Below are positions 35,357 to 48,073 of a DNA stretch of 64,000 nucleotides, piece by piece. The notes beneath the pieces are model-generated. The model was not told where the DNA came from, searched no databases, and saw only the letters and a program-made list of their open reading frames with translations. Both the position numbers and the translations under genes were made by a program. Position 1 is the stretch's first letter, and each line of letters starts with the position of its first letter. This DNA is from Phyllobates terribilis. Taxonomy: Eukaryota. The DNA lies in NCBI RefSeq assembly GCF_046119375.1, contig NW_027362765.1:379812001-379876000 (forward strand). Direction: 5' to 3'.

Positions 35357-36050
35357 TATGAATAATCAGATCCATCAGCAGCAGATGACCTGCTTGTTGA
35401 TGGTTTCTGGATGGAAAAACTGTACAGAATAAAAAAAAAATATATATATCAAACATATACTATATGGACAATGAGAATTTAAGCCGCACTCCGAGCAAAA
35501 GTGATGCCTTGTGTTATGTCTAAGCAGGAACTGAGGGGTTAGAGCGGAAATTTTCTTTGTCCCTGCTCCACTTCCTCTGGCGGTGCGCTGAGCATTACAC
35601 AGTATGGGGTCTTTTGAAGGTGGAGTTCCACTTTAAGATAAACTACCACCGCAGGGTGTTTTTTAATACTGATAAATCACCTGGCGCCAAGCCCAAATGC
35701 AGACACGTTTTTGCACCAGTATTGTGACCAAGGGTCACCTGGAATACAGGTGCAAAAATGTGCTTGTGTGAAACTGGCGTCCGTGTGATCACCTGCAGAC
35801 CATTTCTTTGATCCTATACTCATTTCTGATCGTGGGCTCCCGGACCCCCTTTAGATGCGGCTCTCAGATTTGGAGAATATTTATAGCATCCGGGTTGGGA
35901 TCCCCCCTTTTTTTTAGCTTAGCTCCCAGAGCAGCCACTTTTTTTTTTTTCCTCTTTCTTAACAATAGTTAAATTATTTAAGTCCTCAATCTTCACACAT
36001 TTGGTAAAGTCCTTCATGTTACTTTCCGAGTTTTCCTTCCGATTTCGACC

Positions 36051-37166
36051 TCATATCTCAGATTCCTCAATCATCTTTCTTCTCTCTTTGCCATTGGAAT
36101 GGCCGACTCGAATGTGCGGAAATTTGTGTTGCTCCTTTTTCTTCTCGGACTCTTTGTTGGACGCCTTATCGATGTCAAAGCTTTTGATCTCCGTGGTCAT
36201 CGTGCTCTTGGAGGGTTTTCCATTCTTACTGAAGTCCTTGCTAGACCTCACCATTTGGCTTAGCGTGTTGCGGAAACCTTCAGTACTGAAGTAATAGACC
36301 AGAGGGTCCAGGGCGCAGTTGGTACTGGCTAGAAGAACGGTGACAGTAAGGATCTTCTTCAGGATGGGTCTGAGGTTCCAAAAGTCAGGGACAAGTTCGG
36401 CTCGGAGAAGCCCATAGGCCACCAGGGTTGCGTTATAGGGGACAAAGCAAAAAAGGAAGATGCAGAGGTTAAGGATGAGCAGTCGGATTGTCCTCCTGTG
36501 CCTATTTCTTCCCCCTTCTGAAGCCCGGCATAGTTCCCAGAAGACATGGCAGGAGCCGTAGAGAACTGCCCCAAGGGGCAAAAGGAACCCGACGACTTCA
36601 GCAATGAAGAGCAAAGGCATCAGGTAGGTGCTCCAGCTTCTTAGTCCCTCAAAACAGCGGTGTATCACCTCCTCTCCATCCCAGCAGTCGTTAGAGTCAT
36701 GCACAAGAGCGGCAGGTACCGACCCGCTCACGATGATCAACCAGACGCACAAACAAGTCAGACGGGCAACTTTGGGCCGGCGAAGGTGACGGAAGCGTAG
36801 AGGGTGGACAATGGCCAAGTATCGGTCCACGTTTATGCAGAAGAGGAACAGGCAGCTGCCGTACATGTTGATGTGGAAGATGGATCCAGAGAGTCGGCAG
36901 AGGAACTTTCCAAACGGCCAGTGGTTATTGGCATAATAATAAATCCTTAAGGGCAGCGAGAGGGAGAAGAGGAGATCGCTGAGGGCCAGGTTACAGAGGA
37001 AGGTGCTGACAACGGTGAGGGGTCGCAACCAACGCAGGAACACCACCAGAGAGACGCCATTTAGTATGACCCCGAGGGGCATTAAGAGGCTGTATCCCAC
37101 CAGGAGCACCATCCGGGACCGCGGAGGAGTATGTGCGTCACAGCTGTCCAAATCCGAGTGATTCAT
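36051..37166 (-). CDS. LPAR5: Lysophosphatidic acid receptor 5 (GPR92), class A 7TM GPCR, 371 aa from the first ATG
   Basis: Intact ORF with seven hydrophobic segments and motifs NLALSDLLFSLSLP, NMYGSC.FL..INVDRY.AIVHPLR.RHLRRP.VAR, CFVPYN.TL..YGLLR and NC.LDPLVYYFS.EGFRNTL, which closely match human LPAR5. The track start at 37178 is a GTG just after a splice acceptor (ttctctttctccttag|); the first ATG is at 37166. Confidence 0.93.
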   Translation of the reverse strand: MNHSDLDSCDAHTPPRSRMVLLVGYSLLMPLGVILNGVSLVVFLRWLRPLTVVSTFLCNLALSDLLFSLSLPLRIYYYANNHWPFGKFLCRLSGSIFHINMYGSCLFLFCINVDRYLAIVHPLRFRHLRRPKVARLTCLCVWLIIVSGSVPAALVHDSNDCWDGEEVIHRCFEGLRSWSTYLMPLLFIAEVVGFLLPLGAVLYGSCHVFWELCRASEGGRNRHRRTIRLLILNLCIFLFCFVPYNATLVAYGLLRAELVPDFWNLRPILKKILTVTVLLASTNCALDPLVYYFSTEGFRNTLSQMVRSSKDFSKNGKPSKSTMTTEIKSFDIDKASNKESEKKKEQHKFPHIRVGHSNGKERRKMIEESEI

Positions 37167-37933
37167 CACTGGAGACACCTAAGGAGAAAGAGAATGAATA
37201 AATTAGAAAATAAAAAGTAAAAAAATCAGCGTTCAATATAAAAACCTGATTTAAACAGTAAGTTCTTTTCAAACGACACTTTCCCTTTAATACACCTACT
37301 AAACGACCCCCTAGCATACAGTGGACCCTTGTCATCCATGACACGGTAAATGAGGCCCTTCGCAGATTTTGCATTGGGGCCGAGTAGTTTCAGGTTTCCC
37401 TTTCGTCTTCTCTCTTCATACTCATTGGGGCAGTTACAGAAAATATTTGGAGTATGAAAGATGATGTAATGATGCCTGTCCTAGAAGTACATACTCCAGA
37501 GCAGCATTCATAATTCTGCTGGTGGTTACTGGAAACTGTCAACAGGCCTGTCATTAAAACACACAGACAGAGCTCAGTCAATCAATTTTACCAAGATTCT
37601 GATTTATAGAATACAAAAACAGAGTGAACCAGCAGGGGGTGTTGGGAGATTTCAGCTCTGAAGCTTCCAGAATTGCATTCTGGCAGTATTTCTCTATTAT
37701 TAGAAGTGTCCCTTTACTATTTAAAGCTGAGAGGTCGTTCTGGAAATATCTTTTCCTTGTTATAAGTGAGACACAAGTGGTGTTCGTCCTGATGCAATAT
37801 ATCAGGCGCTTGTGACAGTCACTTCCCTTCTCCTCCTGAGCAGACATCCAACATGCAGCGACAATCACACGTCCGGTGTTTACACCATGGCAATCGTCGC
37901 AGAACAGGATGACAATAAGCCCCTCACCCTTAC

Positions 37934-38009
37934 CTGGGGCGCCGCCCCGGGCGCGGGACGTGCGGGTCGAGTTTGCTCAGACTTGATGGAAGCGAATAAC
38001 ACAAATATC
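37934..38009 (-). other. Candidate 5' UTR exon of LPAR5
   Basis: Donor CCCCAG|gtaagg at 37934/37933; acceptor tttacattttagattccag| at 38010/38009 (alternative at 38017/38016); locally CpG-rich; no ATG. Confidence 0.35.
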
Positions 38010-38599
38010 CTGGAATCTAAAATGTAAACTCTTCACCATTACGGGATGAGCAAGTCTGAAAAATAGTGCGAAGCGTCAGGGAGGCTGATAAAGGGGGCCG
38101 AGGCCGCTCGTCCATGTACGTGGGAGGTCACTGGGAGCGACTGGTTCACGTGTAATTTCCAGTCTTTGTCTCCTTCAGTTGTGGAACTTTTTGCTTATTA
38201 TTTTTACCACTAATTCCCTAGTGCTGAGTCTCAAAGAAATGGCGGGTAAAACCCCAAAACAGCTCCGAAAAGGTCACAGTGTCTCAGTCGGGCCCCTGTC
38301 CTGCTCTGCCCTTATTCACATTGCCGTCGTTTGACACACGGTAAGGTTTTAATACTAGAGACAGGTTAGGACCGTCCCGTTGGGTACACCTTGTCGCTTT
38401 TTTGGTCAAATTAGCTTTAACTAAGTCCCCTATGTTAGTACATGTACGATTACTATTTTCTTGCTCTAGGGTATATGCTCCTTTTGTTTTTTTTCTTGGG
38501 TTTTGTCCATGAAATGGACACAGTGTGAACGTGCTCCTACACTTTGTATGTATACCAGCTTATAGTCCGGCTCATTTCTTTGGTTTTGCCATCTCCCAC

Positions 38600-39120
38600 G
38601 AATATAGGAAACTCAACTGAGCCGAGTACGATTATGGGGGAGACACTTCCAGGCTCCTCCAGCAGAAACTTATCTTCCTGGGAATAAAAGGATTGGCTGG
38701 TGGAAATCCAATATGCTGGATCCATCTCTCTCCTGACATCATCTGTAGGGTGGGAGTCGGGAAGCCCCCCCATACACATTATATTGTCACCCGATCCTGC
38801 AGATATTTTGTCTAATGTTTATAGGCGGATGCTTGTTGAGCCTTCTCTCCTGATGCCCCCATACTCATGCTCGGATTGGCTGAGCGTCCATGTATTCTGC
38901 AGAGGAAGAGTCAGGAGGACAAAAGGATCGGGAATTGGAAGTCATCATGCCCAATGATGCTCTCCCATTATGGCCAGTCCTACGGAGATCAGCAGGTTGA
39001 GACAATCACTCGGAAGACCTGGCGCCAAATTCCTGGTCTCCTGATCTATACTATCTACTTCATATATGCCTAGAGGCGTTATTAGACCTTTCTGGGAGTC
39101 AGAGGAGAGTGGTGGAGACC
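38600..39120 (+). mobile_element. Possible highly decayed DIRS-type retrotransposon fragment
   Basis: Weak resemblance only: LLTSSVGW (cf. TDAS..GWG of RNase H) and DALPLWPVLRR...SWSPDL..LL (cf. the DIRS methyltransferase-like region); many stops. Confidence 0.25.
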
Positions 39121-40080
39121 CCCAAGGCATTTGCTCCCTTGGCCCTTACATACAGATTTGGCAAACTAATGGGGGGGGGGGGGGGACCCAAATTATTGCA
39201 TATGTGCACCACACATATGTGTATTGAGGTCTATCGATGCCGAGCAAAATTTCACTTCCCCGTCAGCAATGGACTCACCAAGTGGTTCTGCCGGGAGATA
39301 AATGTAAGTTGGTGTGAGAAAGGAGCACAACTAATCGGCACAACGAACAGAGGCCGTCCAAAGTGGACAATCCCTTTAAACGGAACCTCCTTCATTCATT
39401 TAGCATCTCTGGGTGACCGAGATTCAGTGACATCACAACTCGCCTCCGTCTAGCACCAAAAATCCATCCTCTTGCCACTAGACTATGTTGCAACACAACT
39501 TTATTAGATGGACTTTGTAACCGCACCAGGCGACAGTGTCCAGAATTCGGGTTCAGTGACCCAAATGTTTGGGAGACAAGATATTGTAATTTTAGCCCTT
39601 TCAAGAAAAAAAAATGTAAAAAAAACCCTCAAACAAACAAATCACTGATGTGTGATGAGATGTCACCCCCCTCTCACGGATTGCTAAGCAAGATATGTTC
39701 TGTGGTTTATGTTTTTTAGGACTTTCTTCGATTTGCTTTTTTTCAATTTTTTTTATTTTTTATTTCCTCTTCACATTTTATCTAGTTTTGGACATGATAT
39801 CACATCATGTGAATCACTTTCCTTAACGGCTGCATGAAGCCCCATGAGGTGGTGGAGATTTCTGAAAGCCAAATGCGGGCCTGAAAAATAAAACAGAGTT
39901 TGGTGCCGATGGTCAGGACCCCAGGGGTGCCGTTATGTTAAATTCAAAAATTCTGTGAGTGCAGAGGAGGAAATGTAATCTTATGTGTCTTATGTACCAG
40001 CGGCGCCATGGGCCACGTCTCTACCATAAAATCTGTCCAAGGTGAAATCCAATATATTTTGCATGTTCCACCAGCAAGCA

Positions 40081-40250
40081 ACTAAGCCCGCCGGCGCCAG
40101 GGCGCCAGCCGGGGACTAGGCCCCGCCGGCGACAGGGCGCCAGCCGGGGACTAAGCCCCGCCGGCGACAGGGCGCCAGCCGGGGACTAAGCCCCGCCGGC
40201 GACAGGGCGCCAGCCGGGGACTAAGCCCCGCCGGCGACAGGGCGCCAGCA
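40081..40250 (+). repeat. 35-bp CpG-rich minisatellite, about 5 copies
   Basis: Unit ctaagccccgccggcgacagggcgccagccgggga. Confidence 0.92.
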
Positions 40251-41112
40251 ATGAAGCCCACCGGTAAGAATACAATATGCAGATGATAAACAAGGGGGTG
40301 GGAGGACACTAGGTCAACACGCTGCTGTTAGAAGGACCAATCCCTTGATCCATGTGTCCCTCACAGATTATTAGGAAAAGCTGGAGAAGCAAATCCCGTC
40401 TGTCATTCATGGGTCAGAGTTCATTAGTTTTTGGGGAAATTGAAATGTAAATTATAACTAGAGACATGGATCACGATGTTATACAGATCCCATTATTACT
40501 CAGGATATCGGGGCGTTCCCGGCTACACGCTGCATGCGTCATCAATCAATTGCACTGCAGACTGGTGTTACATGGAGGGGAGAGGCCTGTCTGCCGTATA
40601 GTAGACTGCACCCACCAGACTGCATTAAAGGGACAACTGCATCAAAAACGTGAATTAATAGTATGGTTGACGTGGGTCCCTCAATTTGAAGAACGTCCAT
40701 CACTTAGTAGAGCAGGGGGTAGCTACAAAGAGTCTCTCCTTCTCTGTGAGACTGGGCTTATCCATGCATTACAGCTTATTGATGTCAATAAGAAACATGT
40801 AATGCTTTATTTCTCCTGTGGTGGCGCTAGAGGGGACTTATACACAGGCTGCTCAGATCCTCCACAAATATTCAGCTGATTCTTGCGAACATGTGATCAC
40901 ATTATTTTGGGTGCACATTTTTGAAGGAGGTTGCAGTTGTCTCTGAGCTAGTGGGAGGAAACTAGCTATTATGATGTCTCCCATACAAAGACATGAGCGT
41001 TTCCTGCTGTCCTCTCTCTATATATAGCACATTTTGAGAAGTAGCAGCAGCATGGAGAATATTATACAGTAGTATTGAGCAGGGTAGCTGTGAATCCAGC
41101 TCTGGGGTGAAA

Positions 41113-41258
41113 NNNNNNNNNNNNNNNNNNNNNNNNNNNNNNNNNNNNNNNNNNNNNNNNNNNNNNNNNNNNNNNNNNNNNNNNNNNNNNNNNNNNNNNN
41201 NNNNNNNNNNNNNNNNNNNNNNNNNNNNNNNNNNNNNNNNNNNNNNNNNNNNNNNNNN
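41113..41258. other. Assembly gap (146 N) inside a MITE copy
   Basis: N run; both flanks align in reverse complement to the repeat at about 27170-27440. Confidence 0.95.
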
Positions 41259-41789
41259 TTGTAATCTGATCCCTCAGTGAGCCGACAATCCATCTTGTTT
41301 TGAGCAGGATGGATTTTTAGCAGTTCTTCAAAGTGAATGATGAATTTAGGAGAAGTGTCTCATAAGTGGAGAAAGAAACATATTCCTGTTATAAGATAAA
41401 ATAAAAAATGTTGTTATTTCTTCAAGTCTTGTGACTATTTTAGGATCTGCTCGGCAGAGTGATGAGATATCCAAAACTACAAATCACCTATTTCCTACTC
41501 TTCAGCACATGTCGGTTATATCATGGTGTCTCGCACATGAATGGTTATTCGTACACAGGAAGATGTGGGCAGATAAAAGTGATATCCAGACCGTGGAACG
41601 ACGTGAAACACGAGCCTGTATATTTCCTGCACCGCCCTTATGTAACTTCTGGTACACCACCATAGACATCCTGTCACTTCCTATCTTCCGGGGACACATG
41701 AGGGAGTCTATCACCTAATGTTTAAAGTTTTTATGTTAGAAACATTTTTGTTTTTTTTCCACACAGACAGATTAATAGGCTAAAACTTT

Positions 41790-42240
41790 CAGCCTCGGCA
41801 GCTATCACTAAGGTTCTGTCAATGAATGCACTTGGGCAAATCATCAAGATCCACTGCTGGCAGCTCCTGTGTAATCACCAACCAATGACATCCCAGATGT
41901 GCTCGATGGAGACAAGTATGGAGACGCTGCAGCCATGGGAGCACATTAGGCCACCGTAACACCAGAAACACGCGACCTGGCGCTGTCTAGTTGGAAAACG
42001 GCTCTTGGGAACCCTTTGGAGAAATGGCCGCACCACTGGTTCCTCCAACAAATCGATGTAACGCTGAACTGTTAGTGCACCTGGAATGGAGAGGGTCCGG
42101 CTCTGGGAGGAGGACCAGGGTGACTTTGCCTTTTCATGGTGGTTGGCCCTTTTTTCCAGCGATCATTGCGTCCAAGGAAATAGCGGGACTCATCGCTGCA
42201 GAGGACAGACCTCCATTCCAGCCTCCTGTCTCCATGTGGA
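41790..42240 (-). mobile_element. Third fragment of the Tc1 family seen at 25.0-25.8 kb
   Basis: aatgcacttgggcaaatcatcaagatc is shared with about 25070; the reverse complement carries degenerate SVL.SDES and SP.LS.IEHIWDVIG segments. Confidence 0.7.
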
Positions 42241-43801
42241 CACCACGTTCATGCTTTAGATTTTTACCCCATATTTGACTTTTGGTAAAAAAATAAACCT
42301 CTACAAAAAAACTACAATCTTAATTTTAGCCTTAGAAGTCAATGAGTCATTTCCTTCACAACAAATATACATTGATAAGTAGCAGAGTGATGGAAGGGAA
42401 CCGTGAGCGAGTGACCTGTCTACAGTGTTTGCAGCCTGCAACCATGCAGATACATAGGACCCGATTCATCATTTGCAAATTTATTTTTTTTTGGACTTAT
42501 GATTTTTGTTGACCTGTTTTTGCACCAATTTAATAAAAATGGCAAATACGATTCAAGAATCTTGCGCAAAGCTCAGATTTTTTTTTTTTTGCTCTCCTTA
42601 ACTGGTTATTAGTACATAAAATCACTCCAGGTGGGGAAATAGAAAAGGTCCAAATCGTTTGCCGAGTTTGTCGCAAATGAAAAATTCACTAATTGAGAGG
42701 AGTTCGTGCAAATAAAACAAAAAAACAGGCAGAAATGTAATGATGAATCGGCCCATGGTTCTGCACCGGAGCTGTGTACACCAAACGGTAACTTTTACAA
42801 TTTTTTTCTTTTTGTAAAAGGAGTGTGGTTTTATTTCTTAGTTTAGTTGCTTAAGTAACCCCCATTGTTTTAGATCATATTTTGGAGCTTTGTAATAAAA
42901 ATTATAATGGGGATGTAATAATCATCATCAGAACGGCTGATAGGTGTTTGTTTTTTTCAGAATGGATACAGTATGTAGTTTTGACTAATGAGATGGAGAC
43001 TTAGGGGTTTCCCTGATAGTGAAGGATCAGTAAAGTTTATCAGCTCGATGGTAAACCATTTCCTCGGTGGTTGGATCTTCGCTGCCACCAACATTTTCCA
43101 CTCACAGAGCGGAGCCGATTGTGACGAGTTTATAATATCCCATCCTTGTATAATCTGCTTGTTAATGAGTCATAGGACCCATGTGGGGGCAAAAGCAGGG
43201 GGTGATGCCCACCATTACTTCCCTTAGGTCATGGATTTTATCAGAGGGTTCTGATAACAATAGGACGTGCGAAAGGAAAATAATCTAAAAAAAAGCCAAC
43301 GGTGGAAACTAGGTACGACACAGAGAGACAATAAAGGCCCTAAAGAGGTATTACAGGACAGGCCATCCTATTAAAGGGATGTATTGGTCTAAGCAATTTT
43401 TCTGTTAACTGGATTACCAGAACAGAGACTTGTGTTTTATGTTTCCTCCTGGCATCAAGACTGCGCCCAAAAGAAGTTGATGAATGGAGCAGCAGGTCGC
43501 ACATGCATCCTGCTGCACCTGGCTAGCTTCATCAGTGCCATAAACATGAGTGAAGCAGAGGTGAGCATGCTCGCCCTCCACTCCATTCATTGTCGTTGGG
43601 ATTGCCAAAGAAAACTGAGTATTGCATTCTGCTATTTCCAGCAGTCCCATTGACAATGAATTGAGCAGAGTTGGCGCACGTGCACCTTCGTTCTGTTCAG
43701 GACATATTCTCAGGGTTCTGCAGTTGTATTTTTGGAGTCCCCCTTGTGATCAGAAAGTTATCCTCTATCCTGTGCTTAGAGGATAACTCGAGATCCTTTA
43801 A

Positions 43802-44312
43802 AGGGAATCTGTCAGTAGGATCAACCCTCCTCAGCCAATCTATATGTGCTTGTAAGTCATAGGAAGCTGAATAAAATGATACCTTGATATCTGTGATCCG
43901 ATGTCTTATTCCAGAGAAATCTATGTTTTTCTTAATATGTAAAATGAGCTGTTAAGATCTATGGGCCGGACATAGATCTTACCGAGAATCTGCCTCCAGA
44001 GCTTATGTTAAAGGAAAGAGGGCGTTACCAGTGTGAGACATGTAATGACTGACAGTCTGCTCTCATGATCTACATGTCTCACACTGGTAACGGCCGCTTT
44101 CCTTTAACATAAGCTCTGGAGGCAGATTCTCGGTAAGATCTATGTCCAGCCCATAGATCTTAACAGCTCATTTACATATTAAGAAAAACGTGGATTTCTC
44201 TGGAATAAGACATCGGATCTCAGATATCAAGGTATCATTTTATTCAGCTTCCTATGACCTACATGCCCATATAGACGGCTGAGGAGGGTTGATCCTACTG
44301 ACAGATTTCCCT
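43802..44312. mobile_element. Young, near-perfect palindromic T2/Kolobok-type MITE (511 bp)
   Basis: TTAA TSDs at 43798-43801 and 44313-44316; termini AGGGAATCTGTCAGTAGGATCAACCCTCCTCAGCC / GGCTGAGGAGGGTTGATCCTACTGACAGATTTCCCT; arms of about 240 bp with few mismatches and a short central loop. Confidence 0.92.
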
Positions 44313-44855
44313 TTAAGGGCAAAATTAGATGAGATGCTGCCACTTTAGAAAACTAAAGACAGGAGGAAAGGCTGTGCCCTTAATAAAAGAAATCACTGCA
44401 GTTTCCTATAGACTTTGTCCACTTATTCAACATCTCTGCTGGCTGTCAGTGAATAGGAACACCCTGAAACTAGAAACTCACCTGCACCCGATACTTCTCA
44501 TAGCTGAAGGTTTGTTACAATCTTACCCAATGTAGGCAGGTGTCTGCGAGCTACAGACCCAACTGGATCCTACTTTTTAAAATGAGAGCAGGGCTGCAGT
44601 AATTTCTTGTCTTTCTTTTGACATGAAGTTATAACCTCAGTGTCTTCAAATTCTGGATAGAAGCAATGATTTTTTTTTCTCCCACCGACAGCAAGCAGAA
44701 GTCTTAATAATGAAGGTGGAATTGTAATGTGAATTATATTAGAAAGTTCCAAAAGGTCTAATTTCACAATGTTTAAGTTTTATTTAAAATCTCCTTTAAG
44801 AAAAGCGTTTGACATTCAGAAGAGGTGGAGACACAAAGAATCAGAAAGTTACAGA

Positions 44856-45708
44856 TGAGTCTGTGCTATGTAAACAGTCTCCTGCAGATAAATCAATGTG
44901 TGTGCGCCTCCTGAGGGGGAAATAAGGATCAGTTATGCTCACTAGGTGAGGTGGATCCTTGAAGCCTATGGTCCTGGTGGGCACATGTGCCACGTGTGTA
45001 GGTGCAACAGGTAGTTGAGACACATGGGAAACAAGTAGAAGAGGTTCTGGAGACAGCAGACAGGTGGTAGAGGCACTGGAAGCCGCAGGCAGACAGGAGA
45101 CACTCTGGAAACCGCAAAAAGCAGAGGTATTGGAAGCTGCAGGCTGAGAGGAGACATCCTCGTGACCACAGACAGGTAGAGAGAATCGGAAACAGGTAGC
45201 AAAGGTACTGGAAGCTGCAGGCAGGCTGAAGACGTCCAGGAGCCCGCAGGCAGGCTGAAGACGTCCAGGAGCCCGCAGGCAGGCTGAAGACGTCCAGGAG
45301 CCCGCAGGCAGGCTGAAGACGTCCAGGAGCCCGCAGGCAGGCTGAAGACGTCCAGGAGCCCGCAGGCAGGCTGAAGACGTCCAGGAGCCCGCAGGCAGGC
45401 TGAAGACGTCCAGGAGCCCGCAGGCAGGCTGAAGACGTCCAGGAGCCCGCAGCAGGTAGCAGGGGTCCTGGAAGACGCAGGCGGAGCAGTAGCAGAGGTC
45501 CTGGAAGATCGGGAACAGGTAGTAGACAGAACTCTGGAGTAATTAGAAAGTCTAAATACCAAGACACAGATGTGTGTATTGGTGAGCCTTATATAGGCCC
45601 AGTGAGATGATCACGCCGGGCCATCTGCAAAGACTGACGTGGAGCACAACAGAGTTCAGCGGACCGGAGTGAGGGGAGCATAAACAAATCTGGGACAAGC
45701 GAGTAACA
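44856..45708. mobile_element. Solo LTR-like element related to 30901-31402, with an internal 29-bp tandem expansion
   Basis: Homology to the 30.9 kb copy over about 44937-45700. Possible TG...CA ends with a 4-bp flank CAGA (boundary uncertain). Confidence 0.6.
45215..45450 (+). repeat. 29-bp minisatellite, about 8 near-identical copies
   Basis: Unit ggagcccgcaggcaggctgaagacgtcca. Confidence 0.92.
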
Positions 45709-48073
45709 CAGACATGTTGTATTTTAACACACTCAGTACTTAGTTCTGCTGAGTGATAAGCAGCTGCCAGAGGCATCTGGCAACAGCTTATCTCCCCTTC
45801 CCTTACTGAATAAACATGCACATCGGGGAGGTCGAGATGAGACAGCCGGTCACTGTATATTATATAACAAGGACAGGTTGTGACAGGCGGCGTACCACAT
45901 GTGCAACCTGTGCAGCAGTGGGCGAGGGGGGCCTCTACTAACTAAAAGGGGCTATCCCATATTGGACATTTATGGGATACTGACAGACTGGGCCATAAGT
46001 GTTCTGTAGATGCAGGTCCCATCTCTGAAGAACGAGGGTCCCATGGCCATCGGAGAGCGTACGATGGGGCCATTACAGAGATAGATACTGGTCAGAGGAA
46101 ATTGACCTGTGCCGCGGATTTAAATTGCTTTTGTGGAATTTTACCTTTTGCAATACGTAAGTGAAACAACACGAGCATTTTATCTTTTACCGGGTCTACG
46201 GCAAAATCTGCAGCAAAAAAATCTGCTTGTGTGAACGTGACCTAAAACAAAATGATTCATGCTGCCTCCCTTACTATTTATGTAGTATCAACAGCAAAAT
46301 CATGTGGCTGATTAACAAAAGTAATTTGTCCACTACATGTCGTCGTAGTTTTAACTATTTTAGCATATATTTTACTGTCTGTTCCCACTGGGCAAAATCA
46401 TTTTCTATAAAAGAAAGAACTTCGTGTTTTACAATACGCTTTTTTTGTTTTTAATCTGATGAGGCTGGAGTACTTACCTTGAAAATGCATTCGTAATTCT
46501 GATATTAAGATCGGAGTTTTTAGGAGTACAACTAGGAGGAAAACTTTCTAAAAGGAATGGGCAAGAGAACTTTTTGAAACGATCCTAGGGCCATGCTGAT
46601 GTGGAATTTAAAAGTGAGTACTCCAGCGCCATCAGGTCTAAGATCTATTTAATAATTTATGCAGTGTGGATTATGAAATCTGGTGACAGATCCAATTTAA
46701 AGAAAAAAAAAAAAAAAAAAACCCCACACAAATAATGTCTTATTTTTTTCAGAAAGACCTTTATACAGCAGTCTGCCCTCTATGGATGGGTCCTCCTTCA
46801 CAATTTAATAAACTTTTGATCATCAGAATGACTCCAATCATGAAGGTGTGACTTCCTAATTTACAGCATGGTGTGAATAGTCCTTCATTTACAGGTGGTA
46901 ATTGCATGCATGGTAGATCACTACTGTTTATGCCCCCACTGAGCGTCTGTAACTGATACTGGAGATAATCAGAGACGCTTTGATGTGAAAATCAGAGTAA
47001 ACAGTGAGGATTCTGTATTTATTGATTAGATACATTCCAAAGGGATGTGCAACCAAAGCCAGGACCCTCCATCATTACATCACATCAATGGAATACCCTA
47101 TATTAAATGTAGCACTAAATTAGCAGTCAGAAATGCTGAGATTTGTGTTCCACGTAGTCACAGATAAAAAAAAAAAAAAAAAAAAAAAATGTATGGTGTT
47201 TACAATCAATGGCAAACATTATGCGCTTCCTAACCCCTGGACCATTATTTCTGTTTTTTTTTCTGGAATTAGACTTTTTTTTTTATATATTATAAAAAGA
47301 AATTCGATATTTTTTTATTATTTTTTAATGTAATAATTTTATTACTCTAGCCCTATCCCTGACCTCTTGTTAGGGATAGAAAAAGTGTAAAAATATAAAA
47401 GCAGCTCTTAGTAATAAATGAAGACAGAGAGCAGCAGTCGAGAGGAGTTTGTCCTCTGCATAGGCAGCAAACAAGAAAAAGCAAAAGTTTGTGCCCCTCC
47501 CAAAAGGTTTGGGGCCCTTGTGGTCCCTCCAACACTTTTTACAAATTGTATCCAACGCTTGTCAAAACAATGTGGTCACACAGAATGTCTGATCCCGAGC
47601 GGCGTTTTGGAGAATATACGGTATATGGACGATTACCTCCAACACAGTTCTATTCTCTGATTGGTTTATATCAAGTTTTCATAATGGCGGATGATGTGGT
47701 AATAGGGGATGCTAATTATACTGAATGCAAAGTCATTTAGCGAATTTATAGGACAATTTGCAGGTGTCATTACGTCTTTGGGGCTGGGATACAGGATTTC
47801 GATCACGTGATCCGGGAGGTGGATCAGATAAATGGTCTCATTCCAAAAGAAATGAATTGGAAAAAGTTTTCAAAGTTATTCTTTACGTTTTCCTATAGTG
47901 ACAAAACTTTTTCATAACTTACAAAAGTTGTCGACTAACTAGAATATTAAAGGGGCAGTAATTCTACGACTGTACAAGGCGCAGCTAAAGGTTCATCTTG
48001 ATGCATTTCTATAGGCAGCCACATTTGCAATGTGACTCCAGCCCAAGTCTTAAAGAGACAGAGGTGCACTCAC

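Noticed and set aside
46456-46635. Strong minus-strand splice donor (AAG|gtaagt at about 46477) or a hammerhead ribozyme (CTGATGA...GAAA)
   Set aside because: The segment is one arm of a 25-bp inverted repeat (46456-46480 and 46611-46635), i.e. probably a small MITE, and hammerhead stem II cannot be formed convincingly.
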